A stretch of 64,000 bases of DNA from Monosiga brevicollis MX1 (taxonomy: Eukaryota), in assembly GCF_000002865.3 (NCBI RefSeq), contig NW_001865066.1, forward strand, positions 274,005 to 338,004. The letters run 5' to 3'. The notes under the pieces were generated by a model. That model did not search any database. It saw only the letters and a program-made list of their open reading frames with translations, and was not told the DNA's origin. Numbering within the stretch: the first letter of the stretch is position 1; the number at the start of each line of letters is the position of its first letter. The position numbers and the translations under genes are program-made. This document shows, piece after piece, positions 24,129 through 36,281 of the stretch.

Positions 24129-27100
24129 TCAATCACGCGCCCATGCAAACTTATTGTCGAGGTTGCTGCTGCTGGCACGCGCGCTGCCGTTTAGGCTCTG
24201 CGCCAACGGTGAAGCATGACTCCGACTCATCCTGCGATACGTAGGCCATCCCCAGGTTCATGTGAGCTTCAGGCGCTTGACCAAACTGTCACAATGGCCA
24301 AATCGCCTGCCCCTCTTCGAGCCGACACGCACCGGGAACTCGCGCTGCTGAGATTTAGCGAGGTGGCGGGCGAGCGATTGGCCGACAAAGAGGGATCCTC
24401 GTGCCCGGACAGGTCATACACGGTGGCCAGAAAACTTTGATCATACGATCGCAGCTCGCGCAGCTCCTTGATCGCTGTATTGCCATTGAGCCATGAGCAA
24501 CCGCGAGCGCCAAAGGACTGCGCTGCCCTTTTGTCCCTTCATCCTCCCAAAGACATGGAACAAGCACCACAGGCGCGGAAGCACTACCACACACTGACCC
24601 ATGGCCATTTTGCGACGCGCTCCAAAAGTTGAGACACCCAGCTGCTTCATATCTTCCTCCGACAAGGAAAGAAACGTGCAGAGATCAACCTCTTGCTGCG
24701 CAAACACCTATCACACACACCCCACAAGTAGAAAGACGAGGCGAGATTTGAGCTGCCCGAGCATCCCGGCCGAAACCCCAACACGCGAGCCGACACATAG
24801 AGGTAGCGCTTGGCGCATGCGAGCAATTCAGGCCGGTGGGTAGCAGCGCCCACCTGCACGTAATTGTGGAGGTTCAGCTTGGCCAGCAGCTCAGGGAGGC
24901 TGCGAATATTAAAATAGGAGCGCACTTCGCCCGACACCTCGGGCATGGGCGTGGAGGGGCTGGGTTCTCGTTCCATATCCAAGTCAAAGACATCCTCGCT
25001 CGGGTGCTGGGAGTCGAGCGCATGCGCATGTCCCCCAAAGACCCCGCTACTGGCCTGACTGAGCGGGCTCAGCGGCGCTGACAGCGGGGAGACCCCAGCT
25101 TGGTGAGCATCCCCCTGCCGCTCTGAAATGTGTCCGAGCGTGCCTTGACCCAGCGCACTGGGTGCGGGTGAACTACCCGGCGCCAAGCTAGGCAAAGCAC
25201 CGTTGAAGGAGAGAGACAAAGATGGCCAGGGCCTTCCGCCCCGGCTGCCCTCCGCTGCGTCCCGCAACGCTTCGTAGGATGCGACCCCCGCGTCCTATTC
25301 GCACGCACATCCAGGCAACTGTGAGCACATTCCCTTTGCCAAGCACGTGGAAACCGAGTGTGGCTGCACCAAAAGAAGCAAAGCATGTCCTCCTCGCAAA
25401 GCACCGCCTCCCGTGTCCCGATACCTGGCCCAATGCAGACTGTTGGTGCAGGTGTGCGTCCTCCTCGGCTTGCTCTAGCGCCTGACGCTGCAGTCGCTTA
25501 AACTCAGTGGCCGGCATTGAAAACGAAAACCCATCACCCGCAAAGTAGCTGTTGCAGAACCCATGACGAGAACAGGAGAAGCGTCAGGTCCCAAAACCCG
25601 CGCATGAGCCACCACGAGGAAGAAAAAGCCTGGCCCAAGACAAAATAAAATGCCATTTACACACGCACACGCACACGCACACATAACAGCGGGGCGATGG
25701 CAAGCACAGCAAGCTCTGCCACTTTAACGATGCAGCGCGTGCGTGGGGGGAGAGGGGAGGCAGGGGAATCATCACCTGGTTGGGGCACGTGGCTTATTAA
25801 AGACAGTCTCAGCGCGAGCTTGCTCAGCCTCCAGGCGCCGCTGCTCCCAGCCGGGCTTGCGCAAATGAGGTGAGCGCGAGCCCGATTGTCGCGCCGACTC
25901 CAAACCAGGAGGTGGTGCCGATGATGCAGCAAAACCCGTTGAAGCCAATTGACCGTCCTCTCCATCATCCAGCCCCAAAATGCTGCCGTCACTGCGACTG
26001 TCGTGCAGACTGCTCTGCCGACTGGCATGCCGACTGTCCTGCCGACTATCGCGCCGACTCACCAGGGGGCTGCCTCTGCTTTGGCACTGGCTTTGGCTTT
26101 GGCTTTGGCACTGGCTTTGGCTTTGGCTTTGGCACTGGCTTTGGCTTTGGCTTTGGCTTTGGCTTCCACGACTTTGCGTGGCAAGACTCGTGCGCAACGG
26201 GGAGGGGGCAAGTGGCGAGCCCGGAGCTCGTGACTCCATGACCAAAGGATTGGGCCCTGGTCGCGGCGCCGCGGGTTGCAACCAGCGCGCGTCGTCAACA
26301 ATGACATCAAAATTGGGAGCATCAACATCCATGCTGCCATAGCCAAAATCAGGTCCACCCCCCAGCGCCCGCAAAACTGCCCGCCGCGCCCGATAGAGAT
26401 CAGATGCGGTGGCTTCGGTGGACTTGAGTGAGATGGACGCGGTATTTGCCTTCCGTCGTAGCGACAATTGCACCTGTAACTCCTGTGCGCGCAGAATCTG
26501 AGCCAGAAGGACTTCAGCGTCGATGCCTGAGCGGCCAGATTTGTCGTCCAGCTCCAGCGCCATCTCCTCCACAAGGTCAAACGTCAAGCTGATGGGCATG
26601 GTGCCCTGAATCATGTCCAGCCCAGCTCGTACACACTGAGGTGGGCCCTCGATCATCATGCCTGTATCTTGGCCCGGCATGGTAAAATACATTCTACACA
26701 GGCGCGCCAAGTGCATGCAGAGTGAGACGGCCAGCTGCCTTGGATTGTCGCAGTGACAGCTCAGAAGAGAAGAGGCACAGACAGACGTACAGGGTGCCAG
26801 TGGCGTCGCCCAGCGCCTTGAGGCCCTCTCCTGCACGGCCAGCAATGTTGCTGTGGAGGTGGCGCGGAACATCAATCTGAACACCGTATGAGCAGTGAAC
26901 CCAGGCGTGAGCGCCGACATGGGCTGCGCGAGAGCAGATGGTGAACGTTCGCCCTTCCCACCCACGCAGAGCGAGTTGATGGCTCAACTTGGCCCCTTGC
27001 AAAGGCTGATGCAATGCCTGACCTGAGCGCATAGATGATTGAGATCGGGCTCAAGACCAAAAGCTCGCTGAACGGCCTTCCAAGCTTCATGCAAAATGGA

Positions 27101-28317
27101 CATTTGATAGCGCGGGCCTGCGTTGATGAAAGAGCGGGAGCAACCAAGTTAGGCGAGGGCCAGCTGCTACACGCGCCGCCAGTCGTACTGGCCTTTGATC
27201 ATGACCATGGTGCCTTGGTTGCCAGGCTTGAAAAAAAGTGTCAGCGCGTACTCCTCGCACACGGTGCGCGCCGCCGGCGGGATATCCGTGGTGTCGATTC
27301 GTTCAACGCCACGCAAGTGAAACCTGCACACCGCACGCATGGGTCGGAGCAGGGGATGGAGTGAGGAGGCTGGTCGCAGCGGCGCACGCATTGCATGGGC
27401 CTAATGACCTGTGCGCAGTAACCGGTGCCAAGGGTAGTCGTGGGCTGAATGGCCGGAAATGGAATGAACCCACCAGAACACAATCGCCATGAGCCCTCGA
27501 ATTTGACGACGAGCGTGCTCCACGGCGTCGGGCTGGCCAGAGATGCTGACCTGTATGGTGGTTTAAAACAAGGAGTCGGTGAGAGCAAACGGGCGGCATG
27601 CTGGGATCTGACAGCCATGGGACAGACCAGAATACCTGGTCTTTGGCGCCTTGGTTAGCAGCCGACATGATGGGCTGGCCACGGCGCACGTGATCGGGAA
27701 AGTGACAATGACAGCCAGTGGTTGAGGATACGCGTTTCATATTCTCGCCTTTGCGGCCGATGATGTAAAAGTGCTGTTCGTTGACAATTTCCAATCGCAA
27801 GACCATGCGATGGCTACGTGTGTCACAGATGCGCAAGATCTCCTGCCGAGCTGCCAGCATCTGTGCGCCTTGATCGGATCGAGCTAAAATGCGAATGGTT
27901 GGATCTAAAAGGAGGCAGCAGTATCGCGTTGACCGGCCGCATGATGAGGCAGGTGAGCTGGGGTTGGCTAGCGTACACAAGCACACACAAGACTTGGCCG
28001 AGCTGGCAAAGCTTTCGTTGTTGCACATGTCGACATACCCTTTTTGGAGCGAGCACCAATCTTAAAGTTGCGATCCACCGTCACAGCTTGGATGCCATGC
28101 TTGCGGGCAATAGCGTCAAAGACATGCTCCCCTGCATGTACAAAGCGCGGAGCTGGCAAAGTTCATCAATAAGAGCCCAAACAAGAGAAAGCCAGCTACA
28201 ACCGCGAGCCCGCGACACTGCGGCTCCGGCCGGTCATTCGCGCATGCCCGCAGAAGATTGCAGGCCGACCCCGGACAGTCACCTGTCCGAAGCAGCAGGG
28301 CTGGTTCTCTCACACAT

Positions 28318-28362
<45 letters not shown>

Positions 28363-28463
28363 CAGTGGAGCAGAGCATGGTGCCTACCTTGTAACACATA
28401 CTCCAAGGTGCGACGCTCAATGCGCACCCGATCCTCCACCAGCCCAGACATGACGTCGCTCAT
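24129..28463 (-). CDS. BICC1: Bicaudal-C-like KH-repeat + SAM RNA-binding protein
   Basis: VEDRVRIERRTLEYVLQG N-terminus; KH motifs HFYIIGRKGENMKRVSSTTGCHCHFPD...QVSISG and HSNIAGRAGEGLKALGDATGT; Ser-rich linker; SAM LPELLAKLNLHNY|VFAQQEVDLCTFLSLSEEDMKQLGVSTFGARRKM.MAIKEL, close to the BICC1 SAM pattern. Confidence 0.85.
26078..26165 (-). repeat. Coding hexamer repeat encoding SQSQSQCQ in the BicC linker
   Basis: TTTGGC units with ACTGGC variants (24-nt higher-order unit) on the + strand. Confidence 0.9.
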
Positions 28464-29192
28464 TTTGTTGTTTTTTCGCTCCCCGGGAGGCGGTCCCGGC
28501 ACGACCCTGCCACCCAGCGTTGAGACACGCTCAAACCCCACACGTAATCGTAATCAACCTCTTCCCCTCTGCAACCTGCGCCTTCCTCCCTCGTCCCAAT
28601 GCCTCGGGCTCCTCCACGACCGCCAACACCGCCGCTGCCTCGACGCGCGCGACACAGAGAGAGAGAGAGAGACAGAGAGGCAGAGAGGCAGAGAATGTGT
28701 GAATGAGAGAGCGAGAACTAGAGAGCCAGAGAGAGACGAGACGAAAATAGCGCAAAAACAAAGGAAATAAGAAGGTGATCAGAGATATACACTCGGACAA
28801 AAGCAGTAATAGAGACAACACTCACTCACTCACACACACACTCTCTCTCTTTCCTTCTTTCGGGTAAAATGTATTTTACTTTATCCATGTCGATCAAGCG
28901 TACTGGAGCAGGATGGGGAGGCGATGGAGATGGGAAAGACGATCAGCATGGGTGTGGCCAGCGTGGGTGTTGCGGGTGGACAAGCGCGCTGCATCGACCG
29001 TGCTAGGCACATGGAACAGCAGAAAAAAAAAAGAAAAAAAAACCCCCCATTCCCTCCTGTACGCGCTTCTTTGGAAGGAAAAGGTCAACCAGAGAGGGCC
29101 TGCCCATAGGAGCGGAAACAATGTCAATTTGCATGCCTGTGTGCATGTGAGAGAGGGTTCAGAGGTGAGGAGACGCGGGTGCGCTGGGTGGA

Positions 29193-32100
29193 TCAGTTGA
29201 CGGCGTTTCGTTCGAGCCAGGCAGTAAAGGCGCGATTCTCTTGGTGGCCAGGCCTGAGCGGAGATGCTGGTGTGGGTTGGGAGGGAGCGGGCCGTGGGCC
29301 GGCAAACGCGTTCGCCTCGAGGGGCGGAAATCCAACGGGAGGGGTGGTGGAGCCACGATTCGGGTCGACGTAAGCCTCAAAGCTCAACTCCTCGGGTGAG
29401 GTCGCGCCTGAGCGAGGCTTCTCGGGCTCGGTGTACGCCTGGACCGGCTCATCAAACCCCGGAAATCCCGCCGGCGGAGGCTCCTGACCATGGCGCTGGG
29501 CCTGCTGCAGCAGAGTTTGAGACACACCTTGGCTGCTGTCCACGCGAGCAGCTCGACCGAATTGCTTGCTACGGTCCTCGAATGACAAGGCGCGTGTGCT
29601 GCGCATCACCTCGGGCAGCGCAATGACTCGTCGCTTGCGGCGACGATGGTCCTCCTCTAGAGCCGTGGCCGGTGCTGAGGAGGGGTGGCCTTCTGGCATC
29701 GCCGCTCTTGTGGTTTTGGACCTCTCTGACCTGGGCGAGCCGTCCCCCTGATTTGCTGGGGGCAGGACGGCCTGTTCCGATGCTTCGATGCCAAAGTCGG
29801 CCCCGTTCGCCACTAAGAGCTCGACGACAGCACGACCGCTGGGATCAGCTGATGCGTGCTTAATGAACCCTTCGCAGGTCAACCCTGCCACAACAGACGT
29901 CGTCCGTGAGGGAAAGATCAAAGCAGCACGTCGCTACGAGAGATGAACGGGACCCACGTACCCTCTCGTCGAACACGATCGTCCAACGCTTTTCGAAACT
30001 GCCGATACAAAGTCTCCTTGTCGGCCGGCGGGAAAGGTGCGCGCGTGGTGTTGAGTCGACAAAGGTCATACAACACATACACGGCCCGACGCAGCTGAGC
30101 CCCGGCCAGCAACTTCTCATCGTGCTCATCGTGCTCGGCTATCCAAAGGGAGGTACGGTTGTAAGGCGAGCGCACGATCGACGAACGGTACTTGCAGCCA
30201 TGGTAGCCGCAGGCAAGGCCACCACGGGGTGGTCCTGCAGTCGTGCAAAAACAATGGCACTGACCAAACGTATCAAAAAGCAGCGTCAGGCGATCAACGG
30301 CACTGCCACGAACGCAAAGCGCCAGCATGCCCACATAGAGGTCGGTGTGAAGACGCTCCGAGGTGACGGACAAGGCTTGCTCCGTTAGGCCTGCATCACC
30401 CATGGGGGCAGGGTCTGAGAGCAGGGGGGCGACCGGTCTACACGAGGACAAGCTTGATGCTGATCCGGAGAGCATGGTTTGCCTCAACTTACCAAAGTGC
30501 TGCTCCCAAGGCCATTGCTTGTGGACGCTAGAGCTCATGATGGTGTGAAGACTATGAATGTCCACAACGCCTGAAGGGAGCACACGGCGGCTTGCGTTAC
30601 GCAGCGCAGCGCAAGCAAGACATGGACAAACGAGCAATGACAAAAGGCATCAATCATCACGCGCCGAACCTTGCAAGGCCATGTCGTGTAGCAAGCGAGC
30701 CGCAGTGCGCAGCTCGAGAACGGTGAGACTGCAGCCCTGGAACAAGTCTGTAGCCACACGCCCATCCTATTAGACCAGGATAACGCGTGAGCCAAAAGCA
30801 ATGGGAAATAGACAGCGTCAGGGCACAAGGTAATTGAGTGTCACCCACAACCCGTGCCCCACCTTAAAAAGAGCCCCGGCGTCAAAGACCAGCTGCTCGT
30901 GCCCTGCATGGTGCTGGGCCTTGTCCACCAGACCAAATCGGCTAGCTAGAACCCAAGTGCGCAACGCATGGACCCCAAAGGGCAGCGGAGTGACGGGGCC
31001 CAAACGCAGTGATGGCAGAGTCTGACCTTGAGCCAGATGATTCTCGTCATAGTTGTGCATTCGGGCCTCCAGGAGCTCCATATCGTGTCGGGCCAGCACG
31101 TCGACGCGGCGCTGCTCCTGGCCAATAGCCAGCAGCCGCCGACTCAGAGCAAAAAGCAAAACCAGAAACACGAGCAAGGTTATCAATGCGACGGCAAGGG
31201 CCGCCACGGGCCCGGGCCTTTGGGTCCATGTGGTGGACGAGCTCGCTGCGACTGCGACCGCCTCGGTGGAAGTAGTGCTGGGAAAAAGAGTGGAGGCTGG
31301 TGTTGTTGCCAAACTCACCACTGGCCACGGCGATATGTTGGACTCTGGCACCACGCAGAAGAGGGGGGGGGAAGCAGCACAACCATTCGAGGTGTGTGAG
31401 CACATGTTTCCGCGTCGTGCATTCAAGGCCCGCAAGGATGCGGCCGATGGATTGAGGCACGATGTGGTTCTGAGAACAAGGCATTGCGTGGGTTGCTGGC
31501 AAGTAACTGTGTGGTTGTGATGAGACAATGGGTTGATGTGTGAAACCACGCACCAGCGGCAAGAAAGACATCGGCCTCGATCTGCAGGTGGTCGACAGCA
31601 CCGCCTCCATCAGTGGCGGTCAGGTTCACCATGATCGTGTAGCGTCCCGGGGGACCTGTGGCAAAGACGAGGCCCGTGGTTGGATCGGCCTGTACAGCCA
31701 AAGTGGATGGGTCGCTGGGATCCGTGATGGCTAGGGCACTATAACGAATTTGACCCCAAGGCGAGGTGGGAGCATCGGGATCCTGGGTTTGGATTAGCGG
31801 TCCAAGAGCCGTAGCAGCCGGGCCCAACTGGGAGAGGCGCACAGATGATGACGCGTGGGCAAAGGTGACCGGTTCGTTGATATCAGTTACCAGTAAGCGC
31901 AGACGCCAGTTGATGGTCCATGAATCAGTGGCATTGACATGGCAAAGAGCCGACAGGAGGACGGGTATGTCAGGCTGAGTTTCGTAATCGAGCTGCCACC
32001 AGCCCTGCAGGAGCTGGTGGTCGGAGCTGGCAGTCAGGTTCAAGACATGGGGGATTGAGCTGTTGACGACGATGAGACCGGACAGGTTGGCCGCTGGAGT

Positions 32101-33145
32101 GAGAGCTGCGAGGTGCCAGGGCACGGCAGTGTTCTCGGGCAGAAAGATGGTGAGGGGAGTGTCCGGGTCCAGGAGCTCCGCTCCATTGAACACCAAACCG
32201 CAACCTATATTGCAAAGCATGAGAATGAGTGACGACGCAACCACCTACACCACCACAAGTCACGAAAATGGCAGAAGGTAGTTGCACCACACGCACCCGG
32301 GGGTGAGCTGCCGATGCCACTGGTAACCCGAAACAGCGAGGCGAAAAGGAGGATGAGAAGCGGGGTCGGCCGGTGAGGATGGTGGTGCCGACGGTCATCC
32401 TGCACCGGCCGATGGAGGCGGCCTGGCGCGCAGCCTGCCCAGCGGTGACCAAGCCATGACCCCATCACCCGAGGTCCCCCACACGTTCGGCACTGCAATC
32501 CGTTGACCAGGCGGCCCAAGCGTTGTGAGGACAGACGAGGGCCTGATGGCACTCGGTGCCAGGGGCTGGAGCACCGAAGGGGGGTGGCGCATACGAGCAA
32601 GCACCACGGGGAGCCGCCTTAAACAATGGTGGCAGCCCGCTATCCGCCAGTCAGCGGGCCACCAGACAGACGATCACACAACGGGCCAAGGTACAGCCGG
32701 CGCCAGGCAGCATGGACGGGTGCCAGGGATTTAATGGAGGCGGGTGAGCGTGGCACTTTATACCGGATGCCAGATGCCAGATGCCAGCGACACCAACAAC
32801 AACAGCAACAATCCACTCGGCGCCAAATCCTTGTCCCAGTCACACCATTGATGGGTTTCGAGGTTATATACGCAAAAATAATAGTTATTGCAGTTTTGTA
32901 TATGGTCTTGTCTTCTTAAAGTGTATCAAATATTCATGTTTGTGTAGGGTGTGTTGCGGATGGGTTTTGGCCTTGTCAATGGTCCGGTCGCTGTGCATCT
33001 GGATGTACCTGTCCATGCTTGCTGCCCCGGCTCTGTCAAAGCTCAAGACGAGGTGGGCGTGCGAGCGCGAGACAGAGAGACAAAAGAGAGAGAGAAAGAG
33101 AGCGCTGAAGCCCAAGGCACGCTTGCCGACACCTCCAGATGCCAT
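29193..33145 (-). CDS. Single-pass cadherin-repeat protein with a cytoplasmic NCS/KChIP-like EF-hand domain
   Basis: Exon 32204-31554 has the cadherin motifs LPENT, LDYETQ, VTDINEPVTF, QDPD, IRYS and ATDGG. Exon 31344-30863 has an S/T stalk and the TM ALAVALITLLVFLVLLFALSRR. In-phase exons 30766-30670, 30570-30493, 30390-30265, 30138-29962 and 29884-29193 encode an NCS-like domain. The 5' end (hydrophobic stretches near 32830-32770 and 33145-33050) is not resolved. Confidence 0.7.
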
Positions 33146-33399
33146 TTGACGTATGGGTGCGGTGTCGTCTCATCATAATAATAATTTACATGTTAGTCTT
33201 CTACGGTAAATACAATCAGACAGGAGGTGCAGTTGAATTCGTATGTTCTCTCAGAGTTGGCCTGAATTGGGTCCAGGGCAAGTTTAGTTGCTTCGATCTT
33301 TGGCCGTTGCAAGGGCCGTTGTCTCTGGAGCGCCGTTACCAAAGAAATTCGCGGCCTGTTGTCCAATTGGCCTAGAAATTGTGAAATGACTCGCGCAGC

Positions 33400-34295
33400 A
33401 AGATGTTCATGCTCGCTGGTGGCATGCAGGGAGCTGAGCGAGGGAATTGCCCGTCAGGCCGTCTGCTGTGTCAGCTGCTATCTGATGTACTGTCGCACCG
33501 GGTCTCAAAAGATGAATCCATCGTGCCTCTTGAGGTAGGGGTACTTCGTATCGCCACATGTCCAAGCCAGCTGGCGCTGAACTCAAAGTGCGCCATCTGA
33601 ATACCTTTGTCAAGAACGTACTGGCTTTCCGGTATAAGTCCGTTCCACTCGCTTGCCAGGCTTGCACAAGGAAGCTGGGAAGTTGACATTGACGAGGTCC
33701 ACAATGTCTTTGAGAGTCCAAACGTATTGCTTCCGTATTGTGTGTTTGATCGGATCAAAATAGGCACCGCAGTGCTTCTTGGTGTGCCCCAACAACCATG
33801 AGGTGTAGTTTGATGCTTTTTTTTTCAGATCCACCAGGCTATGCCACGCGAGATACTGCAGCACGAAAAGCGGTTCTTGTTCTGAACTACACGATTGTGT
33901 GAGTCGATGGCATGGCTTCCCATGAGTCGGAGGTTCAGTTTCGTTGTGTTTGTTGGCAGACTCTGTATCGATTTATCCTGCTCGCGGTCAGCGCCCGACA
34001 GACGGTAGACTGGGTAGTCTTCAGCGTACCGCACCAAAAACGCCAGTGCAATTCGAGTGTGTTGGCGTCGATGCCCTGTGGCTCTGCCTGAGCTTGGACG
34101 GTAGTCGTTAATCAGGAAAGCGTTGACTGTCGTAAACGCAGAAACACCACCCAGGCACATCTGTCGCCCGTGTATCACGTATACTGTAGTGATGCGCCCA
34201 GATTGCTCCGATTTGGATGCGCCAGCGACTCATTGCGCTTCTTGGCGGAACTAGAGCCAGAGGTTCAATTCTTCTACACAGGTCTCAGCGCGTCG
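33400..34295 (-). pseudogene. Decayed, internally deleted DNA-transposase-like fragment
   Basis: Frameshifted pieces RITTVYVIHGRQMC, ALAFLVRYAEDY...IQSLPTNTTK, SHNRVVQNKNRF/LQYLAWHSLVDL...LLGHTKKHCGAYFDPIK...TLKDIVDLVN and AHFEFSAS. They resemble, from memory, the DNCxxQNKN...GHTK transposase-like family (DUF7869-type). No introns or TIRs seen. Confidence 0.55.
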
Positions 34296-34299
34296 ATTT

Positions 34300-34949
34300 T
34301 ATCTCTCTCTCTCTCTCTCAAACTCTCAAACTCTCTCAAACTCTCTCCCCCCCCTTCATCCCCGTCCCATCCTGCTCACAGGCTCGAGCACCTTCATTCG
34401 CTCCCTCATCCTGGGGTGTGCCTCACCCTGCACTGCACGCATGTCAGGTCCTTTTTCCGGACTGCTCGTAAAAGACAGTAGATTGCGACACCGTGAAATG
34501 TCAGACTATTTCATACCCAGCTCACCTGTTCGCAATAGTTGTTGCGACCATAGATGGCACTCATGTTTGAAGATGAAAAAACAGGGCCAAAGCTTTACAG
34601 AAATCCAACAGCCACCCCTCCCTTTCCTGGCATCTTCGTTTGCATTTCAAAGTGTATCATTTGTCATACTTTATTGGGTGCTGTTCAGGCTATAAACTCC
34701 ATCACGCTTCCCACCCGTGTTGGATTTCTCACGCTGGTGTACACGTGCAAACAGAAGCACCAGGAGTAACCTAACCCTCTCTGTTTTTGTCAGCCCCTTT
34801 TCTCAGCTCTCTACGTCTCTCTCTCTGTCTCTGGCTCTCTGCGTCTCTCTGGCTCTCTGGCTCTCAGTCTCACTCTCTCTCTCTCAAACACACACACTCT
34901 CTCTTTCTCTGCCTCTGTCTCTCTCTCTCTCTCTCAAACTCTCTGTGTG

Positions 34950-35001
<52 letters not shown>

Positions 35002-35020
35002 ACTCTGGCTCTCTCTCTCT
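34300..35020 (+). repeat. CT-rich / CTCTCAAACT low-complexity tracts upstream of eIF5A
   Basis: Tracts at ~34301-34350 and ~34800-35020. Confidence 0.85.
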
Positions 35021-35804
35021 GTTCTCGACGTGGGGTTGGCTGTGCCTTTTTCCATCTCAAGGTACTGCGCCATCACAGGAGGCAGAAACGGCAGGCGTCG
35101 ACACCTTGCGTGTCCTTCTGTTGGGTCGGGGTTGGTCATGACTAAATGGCAGGCACCGATGCGGGTCGCTTGAGTTGATATCTTGCCCGTGGATGCCCTT
35201 GATTCTCGACCGCTCCTATTTTCGCACAAGCCTGTCTGCCATTGTGCACGATGCGCACACCGTCTCGTGCTTTGAAATGGGAGGCCGTGCTAACACATGA
35301 TGATCCTTGTTGACCAGCTCGCAAACTCATGGAATCGGTGTTGCGCGTCTTGTGTTGGTTCTGATAGAAAGCTTCGTCTTTCCTCCTTTCAGCCGATTTT
35401 TTTTTTTTAACAACGTAAGCCTGCCCGAGAATGATGCGCAAATTGTTCTGCCAACGATACACGCAAATGAGTTTGATACCTGCAGCGAGGCGTAGTGAAG
35501 AGCAGACATAATTTTGACTTTGGAAACGAGGGATGGGCCGGCAGTATGCCACACAGGCCTCGCCGCCACAGTCGCATTGCGTGTTTTGTGATGGCTGCTG
35601 TGCTGGGTAACCTTTATCTCATAACTTGGCAAACATAATTTGTTACGCCATGGGCGTCTCACATCGCGCGGGGATTCTCTTTGTGTTGTGTGCCACCACG
35701 GAAGCTGTTCATTTTTTTTGACACACCTCAACCCTTCCAAGCCTGCTCGCGCTCACGACTTGCTCTCTGCGTCTGGTACCATGGTGGCTTTTACAGCATT
35801 CGAC

Positions 35805-36281
35805 ATGGCTGATGAGGAGTTTCATGCCGCCGACGCCGGTGCTTCGGACGTCTACCCCATGCAGTGCTCGGCTCTGCGCAAGAACGGCCATGTCGTCATC
35901 AAGGGCCGTCCCTGCAAGATTGTGGACATGTCCACCTCCAAGACTGGCAAGCACGGTCACGCCAAGGTCCACTTGACCGCCATTGATATCTTCACTGGCA
36001 AGAAGCTCGAGGATATCTGCCCCTCCACCCACAACATGAACGTCCCTAACGTTCGTCGTACTGAGTACGAGCTTGTGGACATTGATGATGAGGGCTTCAT
36101 GTCCCTCATGACCACCGATGAGTCTGGTGACACCCGCGAGGACATTCAGCTCGATGAGTCCAGCGAAATTGGTCAGGAGATCAAGAGCAAGTTCGAGGAT
36201 GACAGCGATGACATCCTTGTCGTCATCATCCAGTCCGCCATGGGTGAGGAGGCCCCCGTTGCCGTCAAGACCAGCAAGTAA
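35805..36281 (+). CDS. EIF5A: Eukaryotic translation factor eIF5A
   Basis: [57 protein letters not shown] contains the hypusination motif [12 protein letters not shown]. Intronless CDS with strong codon bias; acceptor ttacag 8 nt upstream of the ATG. Confidence 0.98.
   Translation: MADEEFHAADAGASDVYPMQCSALRKNGHVVIKGRPCKIVDMSTSKTGKHGHAKVHLTAIDIFTGKKLEDICPSTHNMNVPNVRRTEYELVDIDDEGFMSLMTTDESGDTREDIQLDESSEIGQEIKSKFEDDSDDILVVIIQSAMGEEAPVAVKTSK

Noticed and set aside
35640..35804. N-terminal extension of eIF5A in the ORF track
   Set aside because: Starts at a non-ATG codon and lies upstream of an acceptor; the conserved start is MADEEF at 35805.
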